This document shows, piece after piece, positions 9,679 to 19,536 of a DNA stretch of 64,000 bases. The DNA lies in contig JBBILD010000003.1 in the NCBI GenBank assembly GCA_037445065.1, forward strand, positions 160,001 to 224,000, in the 5' to 3' direction. The position numbers and the translations under genes are program-made. The notes beneath the pieces were generated by a model. The model was not told the origin of the DNA. It searched no databases and saw only the letters and a program-made list of their open reading frames with translations. Position 1 is the stretch's first letter. Each line of letters starts with the position of its first letter. The DNA comes from Myxococcales bacterium (GTDB lineage Bacteria > Desulfobacterota > Binatia > HRBIN30).

Positions 9679-9707
9679 CGCCTAACAACGGCCCAGGGGG
9701 CTGTCAA
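9679..9707 (-). promoter_or_regulatory. Putative sigma70-type promoter of gltX
   Basis: TTGACA-17 nt-TAGGCG with TG extension, 15 nt upstream of the ATG. Confidence 0.45.
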
Positions 9708-9720
9708 CGCGAAGGCGGCT

Positions 9721-10536
9721 TCATGGTTCGAACCGAGGTGCTGCAGCAATTCCCAAGGCAGCGAGCTGCTGGAGGAGTTCTTTGCGGTAATCCGCAAAGG
9801 ATCGCTCTTGCGCAAGCCAAGACTCATCGTCACAGACCTCTGCGACGCCAACCGCCCAAGGTGCTTGCAGGCGCAAACAGAAGATGCGTAACCGGCTTGG
9901 GTCACGTTCATCGCCAAGCACTGCTGCTCGAAGTGAAGACACGGGAGCCTCTAGCCAGATGGGAGTGGCGAGCGCATCCGGATCGCTAGCAGCTTCGATC
10001 GACGGGAAATCAGCTTCCCACGGCTCGGGTCCCCGATCGGGCTCGACTCCTTCCGAAACCACGCGAGCGATTAGGGCTGCTGCTTCTTGCGGCGATAACA
10101 AAGGATTCAGACCGCGCCGCCGTTCACGATGCACTTCGATGGGAACGTAAGCGACGGCGTTCGGCATCGCCGGCGTCGCGTGCGCGAAAATCTGAGGCAA
10201 AAGGAGTTGCAGGCGCTCCCAATCCTCTGCTTGGATGGCTGCCAGGGCAGCAAGGTAGGCGGGAGTTTTCCGTTGTTGCTCCAGGCGTTCTCGCCAAGCC
10301 TCGAGCAGCGCTCGAACTCGCTCGGCGTAGAGCGGCAGGGCGTCCGCTTCGGGTTTTCGGGCTTCTTTGCCAGCGCGGGCGATGGTGCGTAGCTCGGCTC
10401 CAAGTCGTTGCAGTTCCGGGAGCAGGGTATGCTCCACCTCAGGAGCCAAGGGAGCGAACTGGCGTGCTGAGGCGTAGATCGAACCCAGGTCTTGCATTGC
10501 TTGTTCGAGTGCCCACAGGTCTTCGACGTTCACCAC
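9721..10536 (-). CDS. Hypothetical protein (N-terminal helical/coiled-coil region)
   Basis: 271-aa ORF filling the gap between gltX and hisC, protein-like composition; no family recognised. Confidence 0.7.
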   Translation of the reverse strand: MVNVEDLWALEQAMQDLGSIYASARQFAPLAPEVEHTLLPELQRLGAELRTIARAGKEARKPEADALPLYAERVRALLEAWRERLEQQRKTPAYLAALAAIQAEDWERLQLLLPQIFAHATPAMPNAVAYVPIEVHRERRRGLNPLLSPQEAAALIARVVSEGVEPDRGPEPWEADFPSIEAASDPDALATPIWLEAPVSSLRAAVLGDERDPSRLRIFCLRLQAPWAVGVAEVCDDESWLAQERSFADYRKELLQQLAALGIAAAPRFEP

Positions 10537-10615
10537 AGCGCGTTTTTAATAGCTTTGCTCAGGAGCCACATGCAGCTCGTTTGAGCCGACCAACCGCCTG
10601 CGTTAGAGGAGCTGC

Positions 10616-11671
10616 ATGTCCATGCCTTGGGTAAGAACCGCGGTGGCGGCGATGACAGGCTACGTTCCGGGCGAGCAACCTCGCGGCGGGCAAGTGATCA
10701 AGCTCAACACCAATGAGAACCCGTATCCCCCGTCTCCGAAGGTAGCGGAGGCGGTGAGACGTGCGCTGGATACGGACCTTCGCCTTTACCCCGATCCTGA
10801 GGCGAATCCGTTGCGTGAGGCTGCGGCCCGGCAGTACGGATTCAGTCCTGAGCAAGTGTTGGTTGGTAACGGGTCGGATGAGCTTCTTTCGTTGATTCTC
10901 CGGGCCTGTGTGGATCCTGGGGACGTGGTTGGTTACCCGTGGCCCACGTACTCCTTGTACGACGTGTTGGTGGCCATCGAAGGAGGCCGGCCAGAGCATC
11001 ACGAGTTCGGGGCCCTGGATCGGTTGCCACAGGGACTCTGGGGGAGCAAGGCGAAGGTTGTGTTCGTGTGCCATCCGAACTCTCCCACGTCCGTAGGCAT
11101 TGAAATTGAGGACATCGAAAATCTCGTGCGGCATCGACCAGACGTCTTGGTGGTGGTTGACGAGGCGTATGCGGACTTTGCTGATTGGACAGCGCTCGGC
11201 TTGGTCAGAGAGTACGAGAACGTTCTGGTGCTGCGGTCGTTCTCTAAGTCTTTCTCACTCGCTGGTCTCCGGCTGGGACTCGCCTTTGCCGCCCCCGCGA
11301 TGATCGCGGAACTCATGAAAGTGAAAGACTCGTACAACGTGGACCGATTGGCGATTGCTGCCGGGGTGGCTGCACTCGAGGATTACGGCTGGATGCAGGA
11401 GAATGTACGTAGAATCCGCGCGACCCGTGACTTGCTGACGACAGAGTTGCGTGCGCTCGGTTTTGAGGTGCCCAACAGCCAGGCCAATTTCGTTTTCGCG
11501 CGAATCCCTGGAAAGGACTTACGGGGCTTGTTCGAAGCCCTCCGCTCCCAGGGAATTCTCGTCCGCCATTTCGCGACTGAGGGGCTACGGGACGCAGTGC
11601 GCATCACCGTCGGCACCGACGAAGAAGTGCGAACTCTCTTGGCGGCGCTGCATGCAATCGCGCTGCGTTGA
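10616..11671 (+). CDS. hisC: Histidinol-phosphate aminotransferase
   Basis: YVPGEQP, KLNTNENPY, GNGSDE, PNSPT, VDEAY, RSFSKSFSLAGLRLG (PLP Lys); GAGGAG SD. Confidence 0.96.
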   Translation: MSMPWVRTAVAAMTGYVPGEQPRGGQVIKLNTNENPYPPSPKVAEAVRRALDTDLRLYPDPEANPLREAAARQYGFSPEQVLVGNGSDELLSLILRACVDPGDVVGYPWPTYSLYDVLVAIEGGRPEHHEFGALDRLPQGLWGSKAKVVFVCHPNSPTSVGIEIEDIENLVRHRPDVLVVVDEAYADFADWTALGLVREYENVLVLRSFSKSFSLAGLRLGLAFAAPAMIAELMKVKDSYNVDRLAIAAGVAALEDYGWMQENVRRIRATRDLLTTELRALGFEVPNSQANFVFARIPGKDLRGLFEALRSQGILVRHFATEGLRDAVRITVGTDEEVRTLLAALHAIALR

Positions 11672-11681
11672 AAGGCCCTTT

Positions 11682-13109
11682 TCAGTCGATGGGTTCGTCC
11701 TCGAACGGCTCCTCGTCTTCCTCGGCCGCAGTCGGTGTCGGGCCTCCGGGAGTGGGGGTCGGCTTCTCGAGGAAGTCTTGAGGCTGCTTCTGCAGGCGGG
11801 TGACCACGTAGTCGCGGATCTTGTAAACAGTGGGGGACGCGGAACCTTGGGCGTAGTAGTCCTTCGTTCCTTGCTCGTTGGTTACCGCACCGATGCGGAT
11901 GTCACCGAGCGGTTTTTGCTCCTGGCCGAACACGGAAATCCGCAACAGAGGTTCATGTAAGCCGTAGCGGTCGAGGTGTTCGGGGTTGTCGGTGGCGACT
12001 TCGTAGCCGCGTAGATCGTGCACGTCGTCAATCCACATCTGGAGCGTATTGCTCGCCGGATTTCCTTCCACACCTTCGATGCCCCATTGGTCCTTGTCTT
12101 TTCTTACCAAGCGGAAGGAAGTTCCGTCCCAGCGCGCGACGTGGATTTCGTATGCTTGCTCCTTTTCGAAACTCAGCACGGTTTTGTCCCGCAGGTCTGA
12201 CAATGTCTTATTCACGTCGCGCCACACCCAGTCGCTAACCGCGTAGACGGTGGGGAAGGCGCTCGTTTGCAGGTAGATCTCTGTTTTTCTGTCAGGGTTC
12301 TCCGAGCCAAACCAAACCTGTTTCTCTGCTTGATCTTTTCCTAGGAAGAGAACAATCTTCAGCCTTGGCTTATCCAGCCCAAAACGCGAGAGATCGCTTG
12401 GCTGATCAGCTGGGAAGTCTACGGCGCGCATCGTGCGAAGCGTGGAGAGCAGCGAGCGCACGACGGTCGCGTCTGCCGGGTACTGAGCAGGCTGCTCGAT
12501 CAGCCATTTGCCATCCTTACGAGTGACCGTCACCGTATCTTCAGGCCGCACAAGGGCGAAGCGTTGAACTTCGTCGTCTGCAAAGCTGAGGATGGTCTTG
12601 TCGCGGAGGTCCTTGACTTGCTTGTCCAGGCCCGAGCGGAAGGATGAGCTAACAAGTAGAACCTTTCCCGTATCGGCGCGACGAGCGTATGCGGAAAAGC
12701 CAACCGGCGCGTTTTTTCCCACGGCGATCGCGGGTAGCTCGCGGTCTTTGAGCTTCACAGTGACCGAGACGAAGGGCTGGTCTAAGCCGAACGGAGCAAG
12801 GTCGGATGGGTTTTCCTCGACCTCGCGCTTCACTTCGCATTCGGCGATCGCCTGGATCAAGTTTTTGACCGCAAGCTCGTCTGCAGCCGCATCGACTGGT
12901 TGCACGAGGCGCCAGTGGTCGCCCACCTTACGAAGAATGACTTCCCGATCCTGGTACTTCAGAAGGACTTCGGTAACGTCTTCCGAGTTGAAATCATACA
13001 GCCTTTTGGCCTTCTGCTCCGCGCGCTCGCTGGGGATCTCCCAATAATACAAGTAGGCGACCAATCCTCCGAGAATCAGCAGGAGAAATAATGTGGTCCG
13101 AAGCCGCAT
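11682..13109 (-). CDS. DUF4340 domain protein (single N-terminal TM, three repeated periplasmic domains)
   Basis: N-terminal hydrophobic anchor; three repeats ending in L..FGL..P; DLRDK linkers; follows a GldG-like gene. Confidence 0.8.
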   Translation of the reverse strand: MRLRTTLFLLLILGGLVAYLYYWEIPSERAEQKAKRLYDFNSEDVTEVLLKYQDREVILRKVGDHWRLVQPVDAAADELAVKNLIQAIAECEVKREVEENPSDLAPFGLDQPFVSVTVKLKDRELPAIAVGKNAPVGFSAYARRADTGKVLLVSSSFRSGLDKQVKDLRDKTILSFADDEVQRFALVRPEDTVTVTRKDGKWLIEQPAQYPADATVVRSLLSTLRTMRAVDFPADQPSDLSRFGLDKPRLKIVLFLGKDQAEKQVWFGSENPDRKTEIYLQTSAFPTVYAVSDWVWRDVNKTLSDLRDKTVLSFEKEQAYEIHVARWDGTSFRLVRKDKDQWGIEGVEGNPASNTLQMWIDDVHDLRGYEVATDNPEHLDRYGLHEPLLRISVFGQEQKPLGDIRIGAVTNEQGTKDYYAQGSASPTVYKIRDYVVTRLQKQPQDFLEKPTPTPGGPTPTAAEEDEEPFEDEPID

Positions 13110-13151
13110 GGTTGTCGCAACCTTACGGAACTGCGCTTACCAATGCTCGGA

Positions 13152-14705
13152 TCAATCCCTGCGCCACCAAACAGCGATCCCGGTGAGCATGATGAGTTGC
13201 GGGATGAGCAGGACCGTGAGGTAGAACACCGTCAGGCTTTGTTGCGCGGTGAACTGGACTCGGGATGCCCGGATGCCGCGAGGCCGAATCGACACCAGAT
13301 CGCTTTCCCCGACGAGCCATCCGACCGCGTTGAGCAAGAGGTCGCGGTTGAAGTACGTACCGTCCAGCTCCCGATTCGACGCGAACTCAATACTGCCGAA
13401 CGCAACCACTCGAACCGTTCCTTCCTTGTCCTTGCCTAAGTCTTTGAGGCTGGCTTCGGCTGCTGCGGCCACAGAGACCGGTCCCTTGGTGTCTGCGCTG
13501 GGATCGAGGCTTGCTTCGCCGCGCTGGAAGACTCCGTCCAGGTCGGTCTCTGCCCAGCTGGACGGGCTAGTCTTGACGAGGTCCACCGCCGTAATTCCGG
13601 TTTTCCCGGCCGCGTCCGCCTTGACCGTGCGCGTCATCGGGAACACAGTGCGTTGGCGAAAATCGCGAGTGATCTCGTGCACGCCGTAGGTATTTGCCAG
13701 CGGCGTCAAGCCCAGAGCCGGTCCCTGGAAAAGTCGCACGACCTGGTCGACGACAACGTCGTTGCCCAGCTTGATTCCCCACTTGGCTAGCAGAGGTTCG
13801 AACTGATTCCCGGTCCGTGGCGGCACCAGAAATAGAGCCCGACCACTGTTCTCGAGGTAGGACTCGAGCGCTTGCATTTCATGGTCTAGAAAAGGCTTTT
13901 GTGGCCCGGCAACGACAACCAGAGAACAGTCAGATGGAATCGTTGCCTCTGCGGCGAGTAACACCTTTTTGACTTCGTAGTTTTCGTTCGTGAGTGCGTT
14001 GCGGAAGCTTGCCAGTCCCTTTGCGCTCTGTACGTCGTCGAGGTCCGGCTCGCCGTGACCTTCGATGACGCAAACGACTTTTTTTGTCGTTCGGGTGACT
14101 TTGATGATCGCGTTCGTGAGGTTCTCTTCGGTTGGCTGGGTGACCATGGTGCTCTCGTTGCCGTATTCCACTCGTACCGTGTTGTAGGTGCGCACCTGGT
14201 ACTTCTCAGCCAGTTCGGGCCGTTTATCGGGATCAATGAGTTCGAAGGAAACTTTGTCCGAGTAGCGGGCGTAATTTGCCAGCAAGTCCCGCAGTTCCGG
14301 ATTGATTCCACCCTCCACGAAGGCAAGGAGCTTCAGGTTGTCCTTAAGGTTTTTGACGACATTCACGGACTGCTCGGACAAGCTGTAGACCTTCTGTTCG
14401 GTGAGGTCGAATCGCTTGCTATGCCGCACTCCTAAGTAATTCAGGACACCTAAGATCGCGAGAAAGACCACGGAGCCGATCACGACGTTCGTCCCGTATC
14501 GTGTCGAGCGTTCCGTGACCATAGTGCGGAACTGCTCCAGCCCCGCGCTCACGTAGGCAATGAGGCAGAAGAGACCACCGACTGCATTGGCGACGACATA
14601 AGCGAGGTCAATCGTTGTCTGTAGGCCGGTGAACGCGGCGGCCAGTGCGGCGAAGGTCAGCAATACCAAGCCAATCAGACCAAAGAGGGCGTTATTACGA
14701 CGCAC
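13152..14705 (-). CDS. GldG-like ABC-transporter auxiliary protein
   Basis: RFDLT....YSLS, IDPD..P, GHGE, N.DL.LNAV.WL, terminal TM helices. Confidence 0.85.
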   Translation of the reverse strand: MRRNNALFGLIGLVLLTFAALAAAFTGLQTTIDLAYVVANAVGGLFCLIAYVSAGLEQFRTMVTERSTRYGTNVVIGSVVFLAILGVLNYLGVRHSKRFDLTEQKVYSLSEQSVNVVKNLKDNLKLLAFVEGGINPELRDLLANYARYSDKVSFELIDPDKRPELAEKYQVRTYNTVRVEYGNESTMVTQPTEENLTNAIIKVTRTTKKVVCVIEGHGEPDLDDVQSAKGLASFRNALTNENYEVKKVLLAAEATIPSDCSLVVVAGPQKPFLDHEMQALESYLENSGRALFLVPPRTGNQFEPLLAKWGIKLGNDVVVDQVVRLFQGPALGLTPLANTYGVHEITRDFRQRTVFPMTRTVKADAAGKTGITAVDLVKTSPSSWAETDLDGVFQRGEASLDPSADTKGPVSVAAAAEASLKDLGKDKEGTVRVVAFGSIEFASNRELDGTYFNRDLLLNAVGWLVGESDLVSIRPRGIRASRVQFTAQQSLTVFYLTVLLIPQLIMLTGIAVWWRRD

Positions 14706-14708
14706 CGC

Positions 14709-15482
14709 TTACCTCCAGCGTACCGATTCCACGGAGCGATGGGTCAGGTACAGCGTTCCGACAATGAGGCTCGCGAAATACACCAGGTCCTTGGTTTCGA
14801 TGACGCCGCGGACCATTTCCGAGAAGTGCTCTGTCACGGACAGGTACTTCAGCACTGCTGCCAACGTCGCTCCCGCTGTCTCGGCCGGCCAAGAGATCAC
14901 GTACAGGAGTAGCAGGACAATGAGGCAGCTCACGGCGGCGACGATCTGGTTGTCAGTAAACGAGGACGTCAAAAGCCCGACGCTGGCGAAGGAGACGGCC
15001 AAGAGAAAGAGCCCGAGGTAACCAGAGAGGATCATGCCCACCTCCGGGTTACCCCAGAGCAGGAGGATGGCTGGGTAAACCGCGGTGAGCGACAGCATGA
15101 TGACCAAGAAGGTTACCACCCCGAGAAACTTCCCGAGAACAATCTCGGCAATGGATAGCGGCGACGTCAACAACAATTCGTACGTGCCCGCTCGTTTTTC
15201 CTCCGCAAAGGAACGCATGGTGATGACCGGAATGAGGATGATGAGCACTACAGAGAGGTTCCCTAACAAGGGAGCCACGACCATTTCATTCAGGTTGAGG
15301 CGCATCTGCACTTCAGCACTGCGGAAACCCATGTAAATCTGGACCAAGAAGTTGAAGCGGTTCAGCAAGTTAAAGAAGAACCAACCGCCGAGCAGCATGA
15401 AGCCGGTCAACACGACGTAGGCGATTGGCGAAACGAATGCTGAGCGCAGTTCCTTGCCGGCAATCGTGAAGGCGTTCTTCAT
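14709..15482 (-). CDS. ABC-2 permease, GldF-like
   Basis: KEL...F.SPIAY, TMRSFAEEKR.GT.ELLLT.P, IVLGKF, NQIVA. Confidence 0.9.
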   Translation of the reverse strand: MKNAFTIAGKELRSAFVSPIAYVVLTGFMLLGGWFFFNLLNRFNFLVQIYMGFRSAEVQMRLNLNEMVVAPLLGNLSVVLIILIPVITMRSFAEEKRAGTYELLLTSPLSIAEIVLGKFLGVVTFLVIMLSLTAVYPAILLLWGNPEVGMILSGYLGLFLLAVSFASVGLLTSSFTDNQIVAAVSCLIVLLLLYVISWPAETAGATLAAVLKYLSVTEHFSEMVRGVIETKDLVYFASLIVGTLYLTHRSVESVRWR

Positions 15483-16225
15483 GATCCCGCCTCCTGTGCC
15501 GGGCCCTGTACCACCGCGTTGTCTTGCGTGATGTAATGCAAAAAAACCTGCTCGAGCGATGTTCCCCGCGTGAGCGTCTCCAGCATTTCCTCCACGACGA
15601 TTCGTCCTTGGTTGATGATCACCACCTTGTCACATAACTGCGTGACCTCGGGCAGAATGTGGGTCGAGAGAATCACCGTGCGGTTGCTCGCCAGTTCTTT
15701 GATCAAGGATCGAATGTCGATAATTTGTCTCGGGTCGAGTCCGATGGTCGGCTCGTCTAAGACGAGCACGTCCGGATTGTGAATCATCGCTTGTGCGAGT
15801 CCGACGCGCTGGCGGTATCCCTTCGACAAGTGCCCGATGACCCGCTGCGGGACGTCGGTCAGGCCGCATGCGCGCAAGACCCGATCCACCGCGTCGTTGA
15901 GCTCCGCTTTTGCTACGCCCCTGATCCGCCCCACAAACCGCAGGTAACTCAGTACCGTCATGTCGTTATAAAGCGGCGGGTTCTCGGGTAGGTAGCCAAT
16001 TCGCTTGCGGCACTCGTACGAGTGCTCGAAGATGTCGAAACCGGCGATTTTTACAGTGCCGCTGGTAGCTGGCATGAACCCCGTGATCACGCGCATCGTG
16101 GTGGTCTTGCCCGCACCGTTGGGACCGAGGAACCCGAGGATCTGGCCCTTGGCAGCAGTAAAACTGATGTTCGAGACCGCCACCAAGTCACCGTAGCGCT
16201 TAGTAAGATTCTTGACCTCGATCAT
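15479..16225 (-). CDS. ABC transporter ATP-binding protein, GldA-like
   Basis: GPNGAGKTT, IGYLPE.PPLY, LSKGYRQRVG, LDEPT.GLDP. Confidence 0.93.
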   Translation of the reverse strand: MIEVKNLTKRYGDLVAVSNISFTAAKGQILGFLGPNGAGKTTTMRVITGFMPATSGTVKIAGFDIFEHSYECRKRIGYLPENPPLYNDMTVLSYLRFVGRIRGVAKAELNDAVDRVLRACGLTDVPQRVIGHLSKGYRQRVGLAQAMIHNPDVLVLDEPTIGLDPRQIIDIRSLIKELASNRTVILSTHILPEVTQLCDKVVIINQGRIVVEEMLETLTRGTSLEQVFLHYITQDNAVVQGPAQEAGS

Positions 16226-16290
16226 GGGTGTTGCCCTATGACGACTTTTTCCGGAAAAGATTCAAGGGCAAAAGAAAAAATGCGGCGCGC

Positions 16291-16319
16291 TAAATAGTCA
16301 CCACTTGGCGCGCTGTCAA
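16291..16319 (-). promoter_or_regulatory. Putative sigma70-type promoter of the Gld-like operon
   Basis: TTGACA-17 nt-TATTTA. Confidence 0.45.
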
Positions 16320-16368
16320 CGCTAGGGCGCGCTCTAGGCCGTTCCTGGGCGTCGCCGTTTAGATGCGT

Positions 16369-17757
16369 TTAGATGCGCAATCGCTCCCACCGGTTTCCGG
16401 CAAAGCGCCAGGATTTGAGCGCGGCCCGTGCCACGTAGTCACCGATGAGGGCGAACCAGAGCCAGAAGAGGTTCCATTCGAGTACGTGGGTGACCAGGTA
16501 TCCACAGCCGAGACGTAAGCCGTAGAACCCGAGAAACACGGCGAGCAAGGGGAAACGGGTATCTCCAGCTCCCCGCAGCGCGCCGCCCAGCGTAAAATCA
16601 ATGGCCATAAAGGGTTGCGACAGGCCCAGTGCCCAGATGAACCACACGGTGTCGCGAATCACCTCGGCTTCAGCAACGAACAGCGATGCGATGTGTGTCG
16701 CAAAAGCAATAATGATCAAGCCCAACGCAGACATAAGGTACACCGACAGCCAGTTCGAGGTCCAGCCAGCGCGCCGTGCCAGCGCGGGTTGGTGGGCTCC
16801 GAGATTTTGCCCGACCAAGGCGGCAGCCGCCGCTGCGAAGCCATATCCGGGTAAGAAGGACATGGCGAGAATGCGAACCCCGATGAAGTAAGCGGCAATG
16901 GCACTGGTCCCGTAACGAGCTGCGAAGACGAGATAGATGAAGAACCCGATCTGCATCAGGATTTGCTCGATCGCGGTGGGGTAGCCAATGCGTAGTACGC
17001 GCCGGATCAAGGTGAAGTCTGGGCGCAAGTGGTAAGGCTCTAAGCGTAACGCAAGTTCCCCTCGCGCCAGCAATGCGAGCGACAGAATCAGCCCTACGCT
17101 GAACGAGATTGTTGTTGCCAGAGCCGACCCGCGCACGCCGAGGGCAGGGAAACCGAAGTGGCCGAAGATCAGCACGTAGTTTCCCGCGACGTTGAGGAGG
17201 TTGACGATCGCGCCGATCCACAGCGGGGTGCGTGTGTCTCCAGCTGCGCGCAGGGCGGATCCGATCACAAACAACATCGCGGATTGGGGGATCGAAAGCA
17301 TGACGATGCGCGTAAACGACGCAGCAAGTTCTCGCACTTCGGGCTGGATGCCGAACCAAGCCACGATGTGCGTGGCAAAGGCGATGACAGGTAAGATGCA
17401 AACAAGGGACAGCGCGGCACTGGCGAGAATGGATTGCCCCAGCACGCGCGCGGCGGCCTGGCGATCGCCCGCGCCCACGAAGCGTGCGACCAGTGCTAGC
17501 GTGCCGGTACCGACCGCCGTCATCGCAACGCTAACGCTGTTGAGCACCTGGGTCCCCACGCCGACAGCCGCGACTGCGTTCGCACCAAGCCGGCCGACCA
17601 TGAGCGTGTCCACAAGGCCGACCAACGAGTCCATTAAGAAGGTCACGATTACTGGCCAAGCAAGGGTCCAGATGGTGAGAACAAGTTCCTGTTGGCTCAA
17701 CTCCCGAGTGCGCTGCTGCGGGAGAGCCACAGAACTAGGGGGGAAATCGCCGTCCAT
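16369..17757 (-). CDS. MATE family efflux transporter
   Basis: LAWP, VDTLMVGRLG..AVAAVG, two LR.AGDTR.PL repeats, about 12 TM. Start ATG 17757 inferred. Confidence 0.93.
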   Translation of the reverse strand: MDGDFPPSSVALPQQRTRELSQQELVLTIWTLAWPVIVTFLMDSLVGLVDTLMVGRLGANAVAAVGVGTQVLNSVSVAMTAVGTGTLALVARFVGAGDRQAAARVLGQSILASAALSLVCILPVIAFATHIVAWFGIQPEVRELAASFTRIVMLSIPQSAMLFVIGSALRAAGDTRTPLWIGAIVNLLNVAGNYVLIFGHFGFPALGVRGSALATTISFSVGLILSLALLARGELALRLEPYHLRPDFTLIRRVLRIGYPTAIEQILMQIGFFIYLVFAARYGTSAIAAYFIGVRILAMSFLPGYGFAAAAAALVGQNLGAHQPALARRAGWTSNWLSVYLMSALGLIIIAFATHIASLFVAEAEVIRDTVWFIWALGLSQPFMAIDFTLGGALRGAGDTRFPLLAVFLGFYGLRLGCGYLVTHVLEWNLFWLWFALIGDYVARAALKSWRFAGNRWERLRI

Positions 17758-17803
17758 TCCTGAATTGGTGGAGCAGAAGTTGAGGACTCGAGAGGGTTGG
17801 AAT

Positions 17804-18163
17804 CTAACGCGGAGAAGCCAATGGCTCCCGCTGTGGCGGCCTCTTGCCGACGCTTCCAACGTAAGTCCAAGCGCGGAACGCACGCTGACGTCGGCCACCC
17901 AGGACTCTTACTTGCACGCGGTGGTAAAACTCACCTTCCTCTTCATAGGCGTCGAGCCGTTGCAGCGACTCGGGATCCACACCCAGGAGAAGCAGCCCGG
18001 CCACGAACTTCCCATCGGCGGGAAGGATGTAAGGGTAGCGGCCGGGCTCTTCGTACCGGCGGAAGCCAGGCAAGGTTGCTCGTACACTCCGGAAGGTGTG
18101 GCCCGTCACAGCTTGCACCACGGATTGGTTCGTCAGGGAGCCATAAACGAACACGTGAGCCAT
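17804..18163 (-). CDS. Gamma-glutamylcyclotransferase (AIG2/YtfP-like)
   Basis: VFVYGSL, L.GFRR, LDAYE...Y.R; ATG 18163. Confidence 0.85.
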   Translation of the reverse strand: MAHVFVYGSLTNQSVVQAVTGHTFRSVRATLPGFRRYEEPGRYPYILPADGKFVAGLLLLGVDPESLQRLDAYEEEGEFYHRVQVRVLGGRRQRAFRAWTYVGSVGKRPPQREPLASPR

Positions 18164-18167
18164 GGTG

Positions 18168-18857
18168 CTAGTAGCCCATGAAACGCAAAAAGTCCTGCAA
18201 GCGGCCAAATCGTAAAAAAGGGTTGCGTCGTTTCTGTTCGCCGATGGTCGAAGTTGGAGCGGAGGCGTAGTTATGACCAGGGTACAGAATCGTGTCATCT
18301 GGCAAGCGTGCGAGTTTGTTGACGAGGCTTTCGTACATTTGCGTGGGATCACTGCCAGGTAAGTCCACCCGGCCACAACTGCCGATGAACAGAGTGTCTC
18401 CGGAGATGAGGGAACCGTCTACGAGAAAGCACTGAGAGCCAGGCGTGTGTCCGGGCGTGTGCAGGAACTGCACTTGCAATGTACCGAGAGCCAATGTCTC
18501 GCCTCCTTCGGTCGGGTGGATGTCACTCCTGGACAGGCCCGCGATCCGATTCGCAAACTCGGCCTCTGACTTGTGGAGATACACCTTGACGGGGAAGTTG
18601 CGCTCTAACAGCTCCGCAGCTCCCTGAATGTGCTGTCCAAACAATTTGCCCCCGAGGTGATCCGGGTGAAAGTGTGTTACCAGAATGGCCTTCAGTTGTA
18701 AGTCGTGCTTGGCCAAAGCGTCGGTGATGAGGTCAATGTTCCAAGCAGGGTCGACCACAACCGCCTGACGTGTCTCTGCGTCCGCGACGATGTATACAAA
18801 GTTCTGCATGGGGCCAATTTCGAGCTGGCGGATGCGCAGATTCATGGACGGACTCAC
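18168..18857 (-). CDS. MBL-fold metallo-hydrolase (glyoxalase II-like)
   Basis: THFHPDH, HTPGHTPGS, GDTLF..CGRVD, PGHNY. Confidence 0.9.
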   Translation of the reverse strand: MSPSMNLRIRQLEIGPMQNFVYIVADAETRQAVVVDPAWNIDLITDALAKHDLQLKAILVTHFHPDHLGGKLFGQHIQGAAELLERNFPVKVYLHKSEAEFANRIAGLSRSDIHPTEGGETLALGTLQVQFLHTPGHTPGSQCFLVDGSLISGDTLFIGSCGRVDLPGSDPTQMYESLVNKLARLPDDTILYPGHNYASAPTSTIGEQKRRNPFLRFGRLQDFLRFMGY

Positions 18858-19486
18858 TTCTGTGCCTCCTTGCTGCCTCGCTTCTTATGTCGCTCGTGAG
18901 ATTTTAACCCTCGCTGCCACAGGAACTCCGGCTCGCCGGCCTGTTTCCCGCTCCAGCGGGCAAGCACGAACAGCAGGTCACTGAGCCGATTCAAGTAACG
19001 CAGGGGCCAGTCGCCGACGTTTTCCTCGCGGCTCAATCGCAGAACGAGCCGTTCCGCGCGCCTGCATACCGTGCGCGCTTGGTGGAGGAAGGCGCTCACC
19101 TTTCCCCCACCGGGAAGCACAAAGGAGTTGAGCGGTTCGAGGTCCTTTTGCAGTTCATCCATGAGTTGTTCCAGAGCCCTGACCTCGCTTGGCCCGACAC
19201 GGAACATCCCCTCGTAAGCAGCCTCATTGGGGGTGGCAAGTTCGCTACCCAAATCGAAGAGTTCGTTTTGAAGGCGCCGCAAAATTTCCTCGAGGCGATC
19301 ACGCCCTTCTTCGCGCTTGCGATCCAAGTTAAACGCCCGCGCGATGCCGATGACAGAGTTGAGTTCGTCCAATGTGCCATAAGCCTCGATTCGAGGTGTG
19401 TCCTTCGCCACGCGCTTGCCGCCCACCAGCGCAGTTTCCCCGCGGTCACCGGTACGGGTGTAAACTCGTGTGATGCGGATTGCCAT
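18854..19486 (-). CDS. pduO: ATP:cob(I)alamin adenosyltransferase, PduO type
   Basis: YTRTGD.G.T, EAYGTLDELNS, F.LPGG, ARTVCRRAER, YLNRLSD. Confidence 0.95.
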   Translation of the reverse strand: MAIRITRVYTRTGDRGETALVGGKRVAKDTPRIEAYGTLDELNSVIGIARAFNLDRKREEGRDRLEEILRRLQNELFDLGSELATPNEAAYEGMFRVGPSEVRALEQLMDELQKDLEPLNSFVLPGGGKVSAFLHQARTVCRRAERLVLRLSREENVGDWPLRYLNRLSDLLFVLARWSGKQAGEPEFLWQRGLKSHERHKKRGSKEAQK

Positions 19487-19536
19487 GAACCAAGCCCTCG
19501 TCGAGACGGTCGTCTAGCGAAAGCAGCAGCCTTCGC

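Noticed and set aside
9028..9891. Long antisense or alternate-frame ORFs (e.g. 9028-9891, 17192-18181, 22008-22868, 27488-28516, 28815-29876, 61428-62135)
   Set aside because: They shadow well-supported genes, carry no motifs, and are expected in GC-rich DNA.
16270..16316. GCGCGC hairpin plus T-tract as the MATE terminator
   Set aside because: On the transcribed strand the stem has several A-C mismatches, and it coincides with a better-fitting promoter.
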